DNA of 63,877 nucleotides, filler included, from Dugesia japonica (lineage: Eukaryota): the NCBI GenBank assembly GCA_001938525.1. It is 6 parts of 6 records of this genome, joined end to end, with 100 filler letters (N's around TTAATTAATTAA, not from the genome) between each part and the next. Parts side by side here need not be neighbours in the genome. Positions count along the whole stretch, not along the records: positions 1 to 11,422 come from MQRL01606809.1; positions 11,523 to 19,854 come from MQRL01572131.1; positions 19,955 to 33,144 come from MQRL01635255.1; 3 more parts are not named here. One strand, given 5' to 3'. Made by a program: the position numbers and the translations under genes. Under the pieces are notes generated by a model. It saw only the letters and a program-made list of their open reading frames with translations, did not search any database and was not told the DNA's origin. This document shows positions 11,261 through 26,310 of the stretch, piece after piece (position 1 is the stretch's first letter; each line of letters opens with the position of its first letter).

Positions 11261-11422
11261 TTTATAGAGAATAAATTTAGTTAGATAAAAATAACTACCT
11301 TAAAGGTTCTTATTTTGGGTTTGGGTTAATGTTTAAATCTTTCACATAAATTATCAGTATTTTTTTATTTCATTTGTAATATTTATACAATCCATATTTG
11401 TAATAATTAAATCATCATCATC

Positions 11423-11522
11423 NNNNNNNNNNNNNNNNNNNNNNNNNNNNNNNNNNNNNNNNNNNNTTAATTAATTAANNNNNNNNNNNNNNNNNNNNNN
11501 NNNNNNNNNNNNNNNNNNNNNN
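11423..11522. other. Artificial scaffold linker
   Basis: N44-TTAATTAATTAA-N44 (stops in all six frames). Confidence 0.97.
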
Positions 11523-11571
<49 letters not shown>

Positions 11572-11759
11572 ATAATATTATTTTGAGGATTTGTATTAAG
11601 TATATTTTAATTTGTTGTAATTAGTATCTGTAATTGGATTTATATTTGAATGGTATTAATTTGTAGGTTATTTGAATATATTTGTTTTTACATTGTTTGA
11701 TAATTTATAAATTAGAAAAAGAGTGTTGTTTTAATATTGAAAGTAATTTGGATTAGTTT

Positions 11760-13770
11760 GAAAGAAGACAAGAAGAATTTTATTGTCATGAATAAATTGT
11801 TGGAATTTAAAAAATTATCTTTTGTTGACATCGCACCTATATCTTATATGATGGCAGTGGTTAACACAAACGCTCGAACAGATAGGATACTACCAGAAAT
11901 TTTGGGAAGAAATGATGACATCAAAAAATTTNAAAAAATGGGAGATATACTTTCAAGTAAAAGGTATTTCAAATAAGAATGAACAAGAAAAGTTAGTTAC
12001 TTGTTTGATTGACGAAGTTAGTATAAATAAATATATTAAAACTTTTTAAAATTAATCTTAAGGAAATTATAACAGATCTAGCTACATATTGTATTTCCAT
12101 CAATCACAAGAAATAATTATATAAGACGATCGATTTATTGTAATGGATAAAAGCTTCCTGCTTCTGAACGTGATGTAATGAAACTAAATCTTCAAGATTA
12201 TGAAGAAAAGAGAAATAAAATAATTTCAAACATAATGGAAAAGATTGAAAATGAAGTAAAATTTAGCATATATGCTGACGACTACACAACTGTAAAAGGA
12301 AGACGATATTTTGGCGTTAATATTCATAGCAATGATGATAGAGCAACAATAAAAATTGGTCTTGTGCATATCCTCTTGATATATGCTCTGCTCTTGATAT
12401 AGTTGAGGCAATGAAAAATCATTTAGTTGGATCTGACATTACTTTACCTAAAGATATTGTTGGATCACCACAGGACAGTGCTGCTGTCAATAAAAAATAC
12501 ATTCGAAATTTTGATGTAATTTGACAATTATTCTTAAATTATGCTTGGCATTTAGGATTATGTAATACATTAAATAAAAGAAAAAGTCAAGAGGATAAGG
12601 ATGATGATGATGATCAGATTATGGATAGTAATGAAATTGATGATATTGATGAAACCGATACATTTGATGATGAAATGGATATAGAAATTTTAAGTAATGA
12701 TGCAATAGAACAAGAAATTTATTATCACGATCTATTAGAGAAGTCAAGGAAATTTGTTAGCTTTATCAAAAATTAACGGTTCGCAAAAATGTGTTTCTAG
12801 ACAAGGTACAAGAGGAAATAGACCATGAGATAGAACTGCATCTCGATATTAAAACGCGATGGAATTCAATTCAAAAGATGATTGAGCCACTGATAAAAAC
12901 TGAAACAGCCATTTGGGAGACATTAATTGAATTTCAAGCATTAAAAATAATTGAAGATCTTGATTTTTCTGCTCTTAAACTGCTACACAGAGCAATGGAA
13001 CCTGTAAAATTAGCTGTCGATAATCTCAGTCGCAAAGATGCAACATTAGTAAGCGCCGAAAATATTTTGCAATTTATGTTTATGAAACATTCTGACATAA
13101 ACCATGACTTTAGTAACAAACTTATGGAAAATTTAAAAATTGGTGTAGATGAAAAAATAAATGAAGATGTCATGAAATTATTGCGAAGCCTTATGGATCC
13201 AACTTTTACGCCATCAAAAGCGACACTTACATCTCCAGGAAATCTTACCTCTCGTCCTTTTGGTGTTACTGATACGAAGCGGCTCAACAACCGTTGAATA
13301 TTTATCAAAATGAAAGTTTATTATTACAAGATGAATTAAATATGTTTCTCCAAAAATATGAATTATAAAAACATTCCTCAGGATTAGGATCAGAGTTTAA
13401 GTGGTTCAAATCGGAATTTACATTATCAAAAAATACAGGTCATCAAACTGAAAACCTATAAAAACCATATAACGCAATGCTTTGTATTAAACAAACGTCC
13501 ACAGATATGGAACGCGTGTTTCCGGTATGCAGTAACTTTTGCACCCAAATAAGATCGTGCCTTTCTGATAGATCACTTCAAGCTCTTGTGTTTTTAAAAT
13601 ACTAATATATGAAGTAAAATGCAATAGTTAAATGGTAGTTTTTATATATGATAAAATAAAATGTAAGTTAGCAATAAAATCTTTTACTTTAAGAAATTTG
13701 AGAAAAATAAAAAACAGAAAAACAGCTGGTTTTTGAAAAACCATAATTGGAAAATAAGCATTTAGAGAAG
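11760..13770 (+). mobile_element. hAT DNA transposon, decayed transposase
   Basis: FSIYADDYTTVKGRRYFGVNIH (first Asp region), LHLDIKTRWNS, and C-terminal TSTDMERVF..IRSCLSDRSLQALVFLK (hATC dimerisation domain). Confidence 0.9.
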
Positions 13771-14504
13771 CGTGAATTAAAGTTGAGTGGCGCGAACGAT
13801 AGTGAGTTTGAAACAACCAGGAAAGAAAAGTTGGAAGTTCAATTATGTTGTAAGACAGAGTAGGTAACGTTTGAAGTTGTGAGTCAAGTGTCTCCAAGTA
13901 TGATAAGAGGAATGGAATTTTGATATACTTTTNGGTTACAATTGGTTAAAAAGGAAAATTTCCAAATGAGTATTAAAGGAAAAAATTATATCTGTAATTT
14001 AGAAACAAATTTTGGTAGGCAGGTTAATGAAAGTGAGCGTTGGAGGAAAGTATGTAATAGTAAAAATTGGAATGGATATATGCCATTTGAAGAGATATGC
14101 ATGAATAAAGTAACTGTTTTTATGGCAAATAAATGAGATGAAGGGAGAACTCACGTGGTTAAACATTTTTTGTTGACCAGAAAGTCCATTCTTTAACTTC
14201 ATTATTTTAAATTTTCTTAAATCTGAATATTTTCGAAAATATTCATCAAATTTTTCTTGTAAAGATAGAAAAGATTAACTTTTTTTAGAAATAGAAACCT
14301 ATGAATTTCAGATTAAACAGCAATATTTGTCATCTATCATTGCAGAAAAAAGAAATCGGATTCCCACTCGTTATGAAAATGATATTTCTTCGTGCATTTA
14401 TAGTTAGATTTTGTAATTCAAAAGCAGACATTTTCAAAGTTTATTAAAATTAAATTAAATCAATAATCTTTAAACAAATATGTTTAAATATTATATCTAA
14501 TATC

Positions 14505-17160
14505 ACTCCACCTTAATCCTTTTGAACATCTGTCCTTTTTAGCAACTCGATCCTTTGTGGTTTAGGGATTCCAGAATAATTTAAAAGCACTTGATGTGAG
14601 CTTAGAAATTTTAATATTTTAAAAGGACCATCATATCTGTATCCATGTTTCTTTAAATTGTGAGGTTCCATCTTTATTAGAATTTATTCCCCTTCAACAA
14701 AATTCCGTTGTACTCTTTTATCTGATTCATATTCATTTAATTTCAGTGCAGCATTTTTAAAATTTTTATTAACTAATTTTCTAACTTCTCCAATACTTGT
14801 ATTGTCATTTAGTCATGGTCCATGAATAATATTTTTTCTTCCATAAATTATTTCAAACGGTGATACTCCAGTTGCTTTTTGTTGGGTTACATTAATTGAA
14901 AATTGAATTCGAGTTATTAGTTTATCCCAACTAAACTCTTCTCATCCAATTTTTATTGTAGTGACAATCATATCACGTAGAGTCCTGATCATTCTTTCTG
15001 CCAATCCGTTTGATTGATATTGGTATGGAGACGAAAATTCTTGGGTAATTCCAAATTTGAGAGTCATTCCTTTCATAAATTTTCCTTCAAATATCTTGCC
15101 TGTACCTGTCATTTTGGATTTGGGCTTGCCAAATCTATATATCCAAATCTCTTTTATTGATTCAACTACAGATTTTTCGTCTTGTTTTGCCATGGCCTAC
15201 AAGCTAACAAATTTGCAGTATCAATCTATAATGACTAAAGCATACTTCTTCTTTAACTTTGATTCATCAAAATAAGCTATATTAATGACAATCTGTTCTA
15301 ACGCTCCAGATTCAGTTCAAGGTAATAAAAATTCTTTTTTTTTGCCTATATATATTTTTTATTGCAAATTAAACATTTTTAAACTCATGTTCAATTGTTC
15401 TAAACATATCTGGCCAAAAGTAAGTTGTTTGAATATATTCAGTTAATTTTTTCGTTCCCAGGTGACATAATTCTTCATAAAAGTAATTTATTAAATCAAC
15501 AACTGATTTACTTGCTAAAACAATTATCTTCGTTTCAATAAACAGTAATATATCTTCTTCCATAACGAATTTATCAATATCTCTAAAGTATTTCTACTAA
15601 CTTGGAAACTTTTATCTTTGGTTATTTGATCATTACTTTGACTTTTTTTGATACTTTCTTTATCATAATTTGAGCTTTCTATAATATTTATTCTTCTAAC
15701 TTTAGATTTTTCACCTTTTGCAATGTGATGAGTCGCCAAACATTGAGCACACAAACTTTCTACTATTCTTGATAATCCATCAGCATTTCCATGATCAATG
15801 CCTCTACGAAATTGAAGATCAAAATAAAATTCTGCTAGGTTTGTAATCCACGTCTGGAACTATGAACTAATTGGTTTACTTGTATTCTTCATAAACACTA
15901 ATTCTTTGTGGTCAGTTTTTGCTATGAACTTTTTCCGTAAATATAATGCTTGAAATGAATCAAAAAAATTCCTATAACGCCAATAGTTCATTTTGGGTTA
16001 CACAATAATCCTTGCCATGATCATTCAAATTACGAGATGCATAAGCAATAACAATTTCCACACCATCTCTCGACAATTGACACAAAACAGCACTAATTGC
16101 ATTGAAACTTGCATCTGTAACTAATATAATTTTGCTTTGAAGATTTGGAAATGCCAAGATTGGAGAACTGCATAATTTTTCTTTCAGTAGTTTTAAGCAA
16201 CTGTCACATTCCTCAGTCCACTCTACGACTTCTTTTGATCCAGTTATTGTTGCATATAATGGACTGGCAATTGTTGAGCAATCTTTAATAAACATACGAT
16301 AATAATTTGTCAATACCAAGAAGATTCGAATTTGGGTTACATATTTTGGAATAACAGNTTCTTTTACTTTATTAATAATGTTATCATTTGTTTCAACACC
16401 TTTAGAACTGATATGTATGGCCAAGAAATGTCAGTTTTGATACACTAAATATACATTTTTCAGGATTAATTTTGAGACCAGATTGTTCAATTAGTTCTAA
16501 CACATTTTGTAAATGTTTATCATAAATTTCTTGTGTCTGACCAAAATTAAAATGTCATCAAGATAAACGAGCGCTCCAATAAATAAAGTCTTGTTAAAAA
16601 TTTTATGCATTATTCTTGAAATGTTGCAGGAGCAGTGCATAATCGGAACGGCATGCGATTGAAACAAAATTGTCCCATTTTTGTGCTGAAAACTACTTTT
16701 AATTCTGACTTCTCAGTTAATTCAATTTATAATATGCCTGTCCTAGATCGATTGATGAGAAAAACATAAAGCTATTTAATGTAGTCAATAACATATTTAT
16801 ATCTGGAACAGGAAATGAATATTTTTCAGTTACCGAATTTAATTTCCTAAAATCAAGGCACATTCTGGGAGAATCATGTTTTTTTGGAACAATTTTTAAT
16901 GGAGAATTCCATGAACTTCGACAAGGTTTTATAATATTAGCTGATAATATATTTTGTATTAATTCGTCTATATTGCCTTTTAAATGCATAGGTTTTATCA
17001 ATACGGGTTCTCCTTTAGTTTCTATGTTATGCATTGTCATATTTGTTAACCCTACATCAAATTTCGAATTCATCAAAATGTGCTCATATTTATCAAGTAA
17101 TTAAATTATTCTATTGTTGACATTTAGCTTGAGTGTATTCATTTTTTTATTACTATGTTT
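14505..17160 (-). mobile_element. Ty3/Gypsy LTR retrotransposon pol (RT-RNaseH-integrase), decayed
   Basis: RMCLDFRKLN, SIDLGQAY, LVYLDDI, LVTDASFNAISAVL, ELCHLGTKK, SSPYQYQSNGLAERMIRT and a GPF motif. PPT AAGGTGGAG followed by TG at about 14505. Confidence 0.93.
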
Positions 17161-17882
17161 CTTATTTTTGCATATAACATCTATTGAATCTAAGAAATTG
17201 ATCTCTTTTATTCCCATTCCAGACACTTTCATTATATCGATACCACCTATAAGTTAAATTTAAAGTCTCACAAGTCTCCATAAATTGTTTATGGATTATT
17301 ACAAGTCTTTTCTTAAAAATAAAAATATGAAAGAACAATTCGCAAATTTCAAACAAATAATCTGAGAAATCTTTATAAAATATTTTTCAAAAATATTGGT
17401 TTTTAAAATTCCAAAATAATTATTTTTAAACCTTATTTTCGAAAATAATTTTTAAAATTTTATAATTTAACACCATGTAAAATTTTAACTTTAATTTAAA
17501 ATATCTTTGTTTTANNNNNNNNNNNNNNNNNNNNNNNNNNNNNNNNNNNNNNNNNNNNNNNNNNNNNNNNNAAATTTTATATTTTAAAAATTTCAAAAAA
17601 ACCAATCTTAATATTAAATATAAAAATTAAAAAATCTCAGACATAGGAAATTCATGAATCGATACTCACACCACCAATTAAATATGGACAAATGTCTTTA
17701 TTAGGGATATAATTAATCAATTAATTAATTTAAATAATATATGTATTTATATTTGCATCACATAATTCGCATCGTAATCTCTTCGAAAGATAATTAATAT
17801 TTCATCTTATGTAATAATAAGAAATGGAAATTATTATATCATAATTTAACCTATGATAAATGAAATCATTGGTTGATATTTG

Positions 17883-17916
<34 letters not shown>

Positions 17917-17997
17917 CGATGAATCAGACGTGATTCAGAATATATTTTGATATTTAATAAATATTTGTAATAGATTGGTGTTGAATCTTAACCTAAC

Positions 17998-19854
17998 ATG
18001 GCGACCACACAGGCTCTAATAAATCCTTTTCGATCTAGAAACCTTCATTTCAGATTGCCAGAGATTTTTTGACATTGCAAATATTGACGAAAATTCAAGA
18101 GGATTAATCATCGAAACAATGATTAAAAGAGAATTGATTTCAATTTATGAAGCAGTTGAAATCAACATTACTAATTTTGAAAAAAAGATTGAGAAAAGCG
18201 TTTCAAAAGCCAAGTTTACTTATTAGTCATCTTAAAGAAATCATGGAATACCGAAAAGGATTTACAACTGCGGAAAAATGTTTTGAAGATGTAAATCGTA
18301 TGTAAAAAATGAACTAACAAAGCATTTTTTTAATTCGTTGCGTTGATGACAAAGAAATTCAGAAAGAAATAAAAATGAGAGAAACAACAGATGTGCCAGA
18401 AATTAAAAAATTATTAAAAAGATGGATAATATTATGATAGATGAAGAAGTTGCGAGTTTCATTTGCAGTAGTGGTCAGAGGTGAGAAGAAATTTAGAGAA
18501 TATCAAAACAAAAATATTAAACCGCTCATGTGAGGGAACATCAAATGCCTAAGAAAACAATGTGTTGGACATGCGGATATGAAGGTCATTTTTCATGACA
18601 ATGTAGAATGGTGCCAAATGTAATATACTATGCTTGTAATGAAGAAGAACATATCCAAAGAAATTGTCATAAAGTCAAATCCAATAATTGTCATCGATCA
18701 GGCCATTTGGAAAAACGGTGAAAATTACCATATGAAGAGATGATCGGAGCCATGCAGTAAAAGGTGGAATTTATGTTGGCACAAATTATTCATATTATAA
18801 TAGATGCAGTGATAATACGTATTAAATAAGTAAATTTGATTACAATAATATTAATAATAAATTAAATAAAATTAAATATTTTGATAATGAAAATTTGATG
18901 ATTAAGAATATTGATTTAAATAATGATAAAAATTTTAATAACTTTAATAATAGGGAATTAATTGAAAATAATTATTTTGATAATCGAAATGTTATGATTA
19001 AAAGTAATGGTTTAGATAATGATATAATGTTTGATGATAGTAATTTTTGCCGTAAAATATTAATTAAAATGAATTATTTTGACAAGAAAATTTTATGATA
19101 AAGAATAATAACTTAAATATTGATAAAATAAATAAGTCTTGTAGAAATTTTTGTGTGGAAAATAAGAGAAAATCAATAGATAAAAGTGCTATAATGGATA
19201 AAAATAGAATATTAACTTCGGAATTAGAAATTATAGACAAAAGTTTTGAAAGAAATGGTGATGAAATATTTGAGGAAAATTATGAGATTTTAGAAAATTT
19301 TGATAAAATAATTTTAAAATTAAAAAGAATATAAATACAAATGTTCCTATAATGACAATAGATGAAATGAATGTAGAAGCAGAAATTGTTTATAACATTA
19401 TGCAAGGAAGACCTTGTTTAAAAATATAATTGAATCAGATTTGGATTGATTGTTTATTGGATACATGAGCTAGAGTAAATGTTATTGATGTTAAAATACT
19501 TAAAAGTATAGTGGATGTAAAATTTGAAATGACAAATGCTAGATTAAGAGCTGCAAATGACAGTATTATTAAGACTTTAGGAAAGGAAATATTGAAAACT
19601 TAAATTAATGGTTGTACCAAATGAATTGAATTTATTGTAGTGGACAAATTATCTCTAAGTGTTATTGGTGGGATTGATTTACAAAATAAATTTAATATTA
19701 AGCTTAAAATAGAACCGGTAAATGAAGAACAAATTAATTATCAAGTATGTGAAATTATTGCAAATTTTGGTAAGGAAGTTACTGATGATCAAAGATTTGA
19801 GAAGGCCATAAAAACTTTTAAAATAAATAAAATTTCTGAATTATATCGTATAAT
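17998..19854 (+). mobile_element. Ty3/Gypsy gag-protease fragment
   Basis: Three CCHC knuckles, two degenerate (CWTCGYEGHFS*QC etc., about 18560-18720), and aspartic protease LLDT*ARVNVI at about 19454. Confidence 0.8.
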
Positions 19855-19954
19855 NNNNNNNNNNNNNNNNNNNNNNNNNNNNNNNNNNNNNNNNNNNNTT
19901 AATTAATTAANNNNNNNNNNNNNNNNNNNNNNNNNNNNNNNNNNNNNNNNNNNN
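19855..19954. other. Artificial scaffold linker
   Basis: TTAATTAATTAA at 19899-19910 within Ns. Confidence 0.97.
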
Positions 19955-21579
19955 ATAAATGTTAATAATAATAAAAAATAATAATGATTTATTGAGTTCT
20001 AAATTTTCATCTCCAAATATATATATATATGCAGCCCGCGCTATTAACATGCATTGTCAAGAGCATTGTGGTTGGCCAGGTCTGTGTTAGATCATCATTA
20101 CATATAATGTCAATACGGTTGAATAATTGGAATTTTTATGTTTGACAGTTGGAATTTTGATTGTACATTGCAGCTTATGGGGTAGCCTAAGGATGTAATC
20201 TGAGTTTGTGTATGTATGTTAATTAATTTATATACTATGTGCAATGTTTTGTGTTATATCGATATTTTAATCCTTCAATTCCAACAAATATTAATATTTG
20301 AATTATAAATTTAATCAATCAAATTTCGCACAGAACTCTTCTCATATCCCTCGAAGTTTATTTAAAAGTATTTAAAATTTAAGAGTTCTGTATTCTAAAT
20401 AATTAATTTGCATTTTCATAAATGTTCATTGTTTACAATTAAAGTATCGAATGTTATTGAAAACGTTAATCTAACATGTCACATTCTATAAAAATAACAA
20501 AAAATTTCAATTAATACTAAATAGTTAGTCACTTCAGTAAAAAAAATGTAAAATGCTGTTAAAGACACACACACGCTCAATTAATAATGATTTATTGTTT
20601 AATTTCATAGACAATATTTTTCTTATTCTTTTTGACTGAATTTTAATTAGAAAATGTTTGCATTACTTTTATTTTGATAACAATTGCAGAACTAAATTTT
20701 AAATTTCTTTCATCATTAATAAACTCAAAGCTTTTGTAAATTGAATTTTTCTAAAATAAGGCAGCATTAATTAATTTAATTATTTGAGATTCATTATTAA
20801 GTTTCCGTAATGCNNNNNNNNNNNNNNNNNNNNNNNNNNNNNNNNNNNNNNNNNNNNNNNNNNNNNNNNNNNNNNNNNNNNNNNNNNNNNNNNNNNNNNN
20901 NNNNNNNAATTGTATGCTTGTTTCATGATGTGTGCAAATGAAATTATTATTAAGTATGTATTGTATATAATCATATAATTTAACAGGATAACTTCAAATA
21001 CTACTATGGATAGTATCACTAAAAGTATTTAAAAATTTTAAATTTCTTTTAGAAATATGGATACTATTTGAAGTTTTCCGTTAAATCAACACTATTATTT
21101 TTGTTTTTCTTAAGCAAATTATACAGTTTTAATTAATAATGCTTTCTTTGTTCCGATTCGTTACGCTAATTTTTATTTATTTAATTTGACTTTTTTATGA
21201 CGTACTTCATTAGCTTATTTTAATTTTTTTATCATTTGAATTTATTCATAGGTTTTATAGTCTCCAATTTGTGTGGCGGCAGTTGAGGGTGTGTGTAGTA
21301 ATGCAATTATTATTAAAATTTACAAAATTTGTAAAATAATAAAATAAACCTAAATAAAAGTTTATAATTAAAATTTTTTAAAAATTGTAATATATTTATA
21401 ATGAGGTTAATACATTACTTATAGTTCAAAAAATTTAATTATTGGACAATTTATATATTTACAGTTATTATTCTTGTCAGATATCCAGATTTACAAAAGT
21501 TGTATATTTAAACCGATTTACGAAATATAATTAAATAAATCAACAATTTTCCATCCAGAAGACACTAATTAAAATTTTT

Positions 21580-22730
21580 TATTCAATATAATAGCCATCT
21601 GCTCAATTTTTGTTGTAAATTGTAAGCATGCAACTTTTAGATGGTCATGGTTCATAAATGAGAACTCGGTTTTAATAGCAGTGCGGAATCGATGTTAGGA
21701 TGCCTATACTTTATGGTTTGTCTCTCAATTACACTCCATTTATAGTAGTTCAAAGTGTTTAGATTAGAACTGCTAGGTGGCCATAAATCCTTTGGCCAAA
21801 ATATGTATGCATTACACACGAGCCAATTTTAAACTAAATGACTTGTGTGAGCAGGTGCACCATCTTGTTGATAAATGTTACACCTCCCTGAGGCCAGTCT
21901 CCATCCAAGGTTTTATTATATTTCAGAAAAACTTCCAAATAAAAATCCTTTATGATTGTTTCACGCTCTAGTAAAATAATAGTGGCATAACATTCCCTTC
22001 ACTAGAAACAACACTCAAGACATCGAAACTGACCGGAAACTTGATCTTTCTATCACAGGAACAACTGCAAGACTATAAGCAAGCCAACGGTTATTCCTTC
22101 GGTTTTCTTTTGCATCCACAGTGAAAATGTTTTTATCTGAGATAAAACGAATGAGGCCAGAAGTTTCGAGTTTTAGTCAGTGCAGAAGTAACTTGCAGCA
22201 GGCAACTATTTGTAGCTTGGTGATCTCGGAGAGGACTTGATGGACTTATATAATGTAAGAGGTATACCCAAGATCCACCTGACCTATTCGACTCATTGTT
22301 CTTTTACTCAGTTCCAAGACCCATGTCATTTTCCGAAGTGATATTCTTGTGTCTTCCAAAATCATGTCATGTTCTCTTTGGATAAGATTTACAGTCCTTT
22401 TTGATTTATCTTTAATCTGAATCTTCCTCAATGCTGTAAAAAAGCCCTCGTCGGATTTCTTTGAGGTTGTATATCTCTTTACACTATCATACACCGTTAA
22501 TCTTGGATACACGAAAAATTTTATGATATCAGAAGATGTTCTCCCGGCACGAAAACTTTCTATCATAGTCGCTCTTTTATTATACTCAATGAGTTAAACG
22601 ATTTTATTACGATTGAAACTATAATCGATTTAATTAATATATTTAAACGAAATAATTTAAACTACCTAAGAATTATAATATAGGGAAAACTTTAAATTAA
22701 ATTATGTTCAGATTCTAGTGCATCTATCTG
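21580..22730 (-). mobile_element. IS630/Tc1/mariner-superfamily transposon (maT/DD37D-like), decayed
   Basis: HTH region MIESFRAGRTSSDII..SLRKM, QQDGAPAHT, WPKDLWPPSSSNLN. TIRs not resolved. Confidence 0.82.
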
Positions 22731-24820
22731 CACATTTAGGCAGAAGTATCAACTATTTAATAAAAAGCCATAATGAATTATTTCGAAGAAATGGAATATT
22801 AACTATCGTTATTATTTCTAAATTGTGAATAATGAGATTAAGATAGTATTTTGAGATTCTTAGTCCCAATTTGTTTTCTCTAAATTTCAATTTTTTTTTG
22901 ATTATCCTTTAAATTTGCTTTCTGTTTTAATTTTATTTCGTTGCTAAGTATCTTTTTCGTTTCCAGCACGATAGATTTTTAAACTTAAGTTTTTTATTAT
23001 TTTAATTCTGATTGTCAATATAATTTATTTAGTTATTAATTTTCTTATTATGTTATTATATGATAATCGTAAAAAATTGAGTACTATATAATAAATCGAA
23101 ACGATTCTACTAGTTCACTATAATATAAGAGATCTATAAATAAATATTAATCAATGACAATATAATATTACCTGATGATAACCTGAAAATAAAATGTATG
23201 TATTAGAATAAGAAATAGAAAACAGTGGTGTGCATATACATACACAGAAATTTTAATGCAAACACATTATTGAATTACAATTTACTTGGGACAATTACAG
23301 TTCAATAAATCTCTATTAATTAAAAAATAATTAAATTTTGTATGGATTCCAAAACAATTCCCAATATGAGATTGGAAGCAAGAGTTCTTTTTAAAATATC
23401 GACAAGTAAACCAAAATAAAGTATTTGTAATATTTAACAAATTAATAGGGTTTCTTCAATTGACATAAAGAAAAATAAATTAATTTGAATCTAAGCTATA
23501 TTCTTTTATACATACTAATGCTTCAATAAATAACAGAAAATTTTAAATCTATCTCCCAGCCAATGAAATGTCGAAATTGCGAAGAAAACTCATCAAATTC
23601 AACGTTAAAAAAAATATTTCCCAATTTGAAGTGATAAAGGGACGCGGAGAAAGAGGTTAATTTAAGTGATTATTAATATCAAATAAAAGCATATTACCCA
23701 AGCTATTTGTTAATAAAAAATACATATTAACGTTGTTAGATGAATCTTTGCATTAAAAAAATTAACACTTTCCATACCAATATTTATTTAAGACCACACA
23801 AAAATACAAACTATCAATTTGTTTTTGTAAACAAATTTTTAAAACAAGCTAACATTTTTATTTAATCCTGACCAAAGTTATTTAAAAATATTCAAAACAA
23901 CAACTTAAAAAAATTAATCATTTTACAAAATTTTATAATTAACAAAAAATATTTTCAATTAAATTTTGAAAATTAACAATTTTACAAAATTTTATAATTA
24001 AAAAATATTTTCAATTAATTTTTCTAACTTTATTACATGAAGTTAATTTAATTATTCATTAAACTATTTCCGTTAACAACTTCGGTCGAGCTATAATAAA
24101 ATTTAACTGTCTAAAACCATACTTACAAATGTATGTCTTTTTTTTATAAATTTTAAAATTCAAATTAGTTACAAAAATTTTTAAAAAATACAAAGAAAAT
24201 TAATAATAAATAACTTACTAAATTGAAGCAGTAACTTTGTAAAATGTAACACACACATATACATATATATATATATATATATATCTTCTTCTACTTCGTG
24301 ATAGACGCCCTAAACTGATAAGTGTCACCAACCTTTCTCCTGTAGCCTATGCCTCAGAAAATAAAAAAGAAATTTGTAGCATCATGAAATATTTATTAAA
24401 GAAGCACTTTATTATGTCAGAATTTTTCACTTGTATATTGTACTTATTGAGGCAAGAGAAAATAGTTACTACAGGCATCATTAATAATAATCCTTCCAAT
24501 TAAATTTACACTGCAAAATGTGGAAAACACTAAGTACCAACCAATATTTTCCCTTTTTATTGAAGATCGGCAACTCTATCACTAAAATAAAAAGTTGAAC
24601 AATTGATAAATTCCTGGACGAATGTTGAGGACAATATAGATAAATAAAACCATAATACCCAACAACTTCAAAGAACCATAACTACACTAGTATATTTTTA
24701 TTTTTATTTTTGAAGAAAATAACTACACTAGTATATTTTTATTTTTCAAGAAAATAACTGAAACTAGTAAAGATATTGTTTTATTTTTACATTCTTAAAT
24801 ACTACATAGTACTTTTTATT

Positions 24821-25500
24821 TATTAGGGGTATTCATAAGTTCACATCGTTTGAAGACGAATAATTTTTATCAATATTATTACATATAACACAGTACATTC
24901 AATCAAAATATTTTCCATCGTTATTCACAACTTATCCCCATCTTTCATGTAAAAGATGAATACCCTATGAAAAAAGTCTTTGTTCTTGGATTAAATGAAG
25001 TTGTCGATGAATTTTCTAGCCTCTTCAATATTCCCGAATCGTGTATTCGAAAGAATGTGCTGCATGGAACGAAATAAGTGAAAATCTGACGGGGCTATAT
25101 CNNNNNNNNNNNNNNNNTGTGGTAGAACTTCCCATTTTAATTCCATCAATGTTTTCCGGGTTCTTAATGCAACATGGGGTCTGGCATTGTCGTGCAGAAG
25201 AATCAATTTGTTCTTTTCGGTCGCATAATATAGCCCTATTCCCATTAATTTCTCTCCCAACTGCTTCAATTGGCTACTGTATAATTCCGCAGTAACAGTT
25301 TCTGATGGTTTTAACAGTTCATAATAAAGAACTCTGTGTATGTCCCACCAGATACAAAGAAGAGCTTTGTGACCATTTTTTCTGTTTTAATGATTGCATG
25401 ACACTTTGTGAGGTGATAATTGTCTGCATCTCCATGTTATAACAACATTTTTACATCGATAATGAACATATTCGTGTCCATTATAGATCAATACTTGATT
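24821..25500 (-). mobile_element. Mariner (DD34D) transposase remnant
   Basis: LLCIWWD, LLHDNARPHV, DIAPSDFHLFRSMQH. Confidence 0.88.
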
Positions 25501-25839
25501 CCCTCTTTTTTCATATTCAATAATTTCCAAAAAATGATAATTTAAAAAAGTAATTCGAATAAACTGAAAAATTAAACAATAATTTTTAAAATAAATTGTT
25601 ATAATTTACGTAAAAAATGAAAATCCAAAATTTTACGGGTTTACAATTTTGTCCATAAATCACTACACAAGAATTTTTAAAAACAAACAAATATAGGTAA
25701 AAAAAATTATAACTCTAAAATATGGTTATATATTTAATGAGTTAAATAAATTGGTATATGGTACCATATAATATATTAATATTGTCCGCCATTTTCTTGT
25801 GCGCAATTTTCTGATCACGCATGCATTCACCTATTATAA

Positions 25840-26310
25840 TATAATAATAAATAGTTATTAATTAATAGTAATTAATTATTAATTAATAGTAATTAATTCA
25901 TAATAAATAGTAATTAATTAAAAATTAATAGTAATTAATTAATAGTAATTAATTAATAAATAATGATTAAAAATGAATAATTAATGATTAAAAATGAATA
26001 ATTAATGATTAAAAATTAATGATTAATAATTAATGATTAAAAATTAATAATTAATGAATAATAATAATTAATTAATAGTAATCATTTATTAATTAATGAT
26101 TAAAAATTAATGATTAAAAATTAATAATAATTAATTAGTAGTAATTAATTAATGATTAAAAATTAATGATTAATAATTAAAAATTATTAATTAATGATTA
26201 AAAATTAAAAAATTAATGATTAAAAATTAATAATTAATGATTAAAAATTAATAATTAAAAATTAATAGTTAATAATTAAAAATTAATAATTAATGATTAA
26301 TTAATGATCT
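25840..26310. repeat. AT-rich low-complexity satellite
   Basis: Degenerate repeats of TTAATGATTAAAAATTAATAA / TTAATAGTAATTAA. Confidence 0.85.

Larger units (their letters stand above)
1..11422. mobile_element. Endogenous Polinton/Maverick (adintovirus-like) virus region, degraded, probably two nested or adjacent copies
   Basis: Packaging ATPase, minor capsid, adenain-type Cys protease and protein-primed PolB co-occur in compact intronless ORFs with many stops and frameshifts. No major capsid or integrase is visible before the scaffold ends. Confidence 0.95.

Noticed and set aside
61-11266. TAAA(A)ATG-like context at several viral start codons, reminiscent of poxvirus late promoters
   Set aside because: A-rich Kozak context is expected at this AT content, the motif is inconsistent between genes, and no enrichment test could be run.
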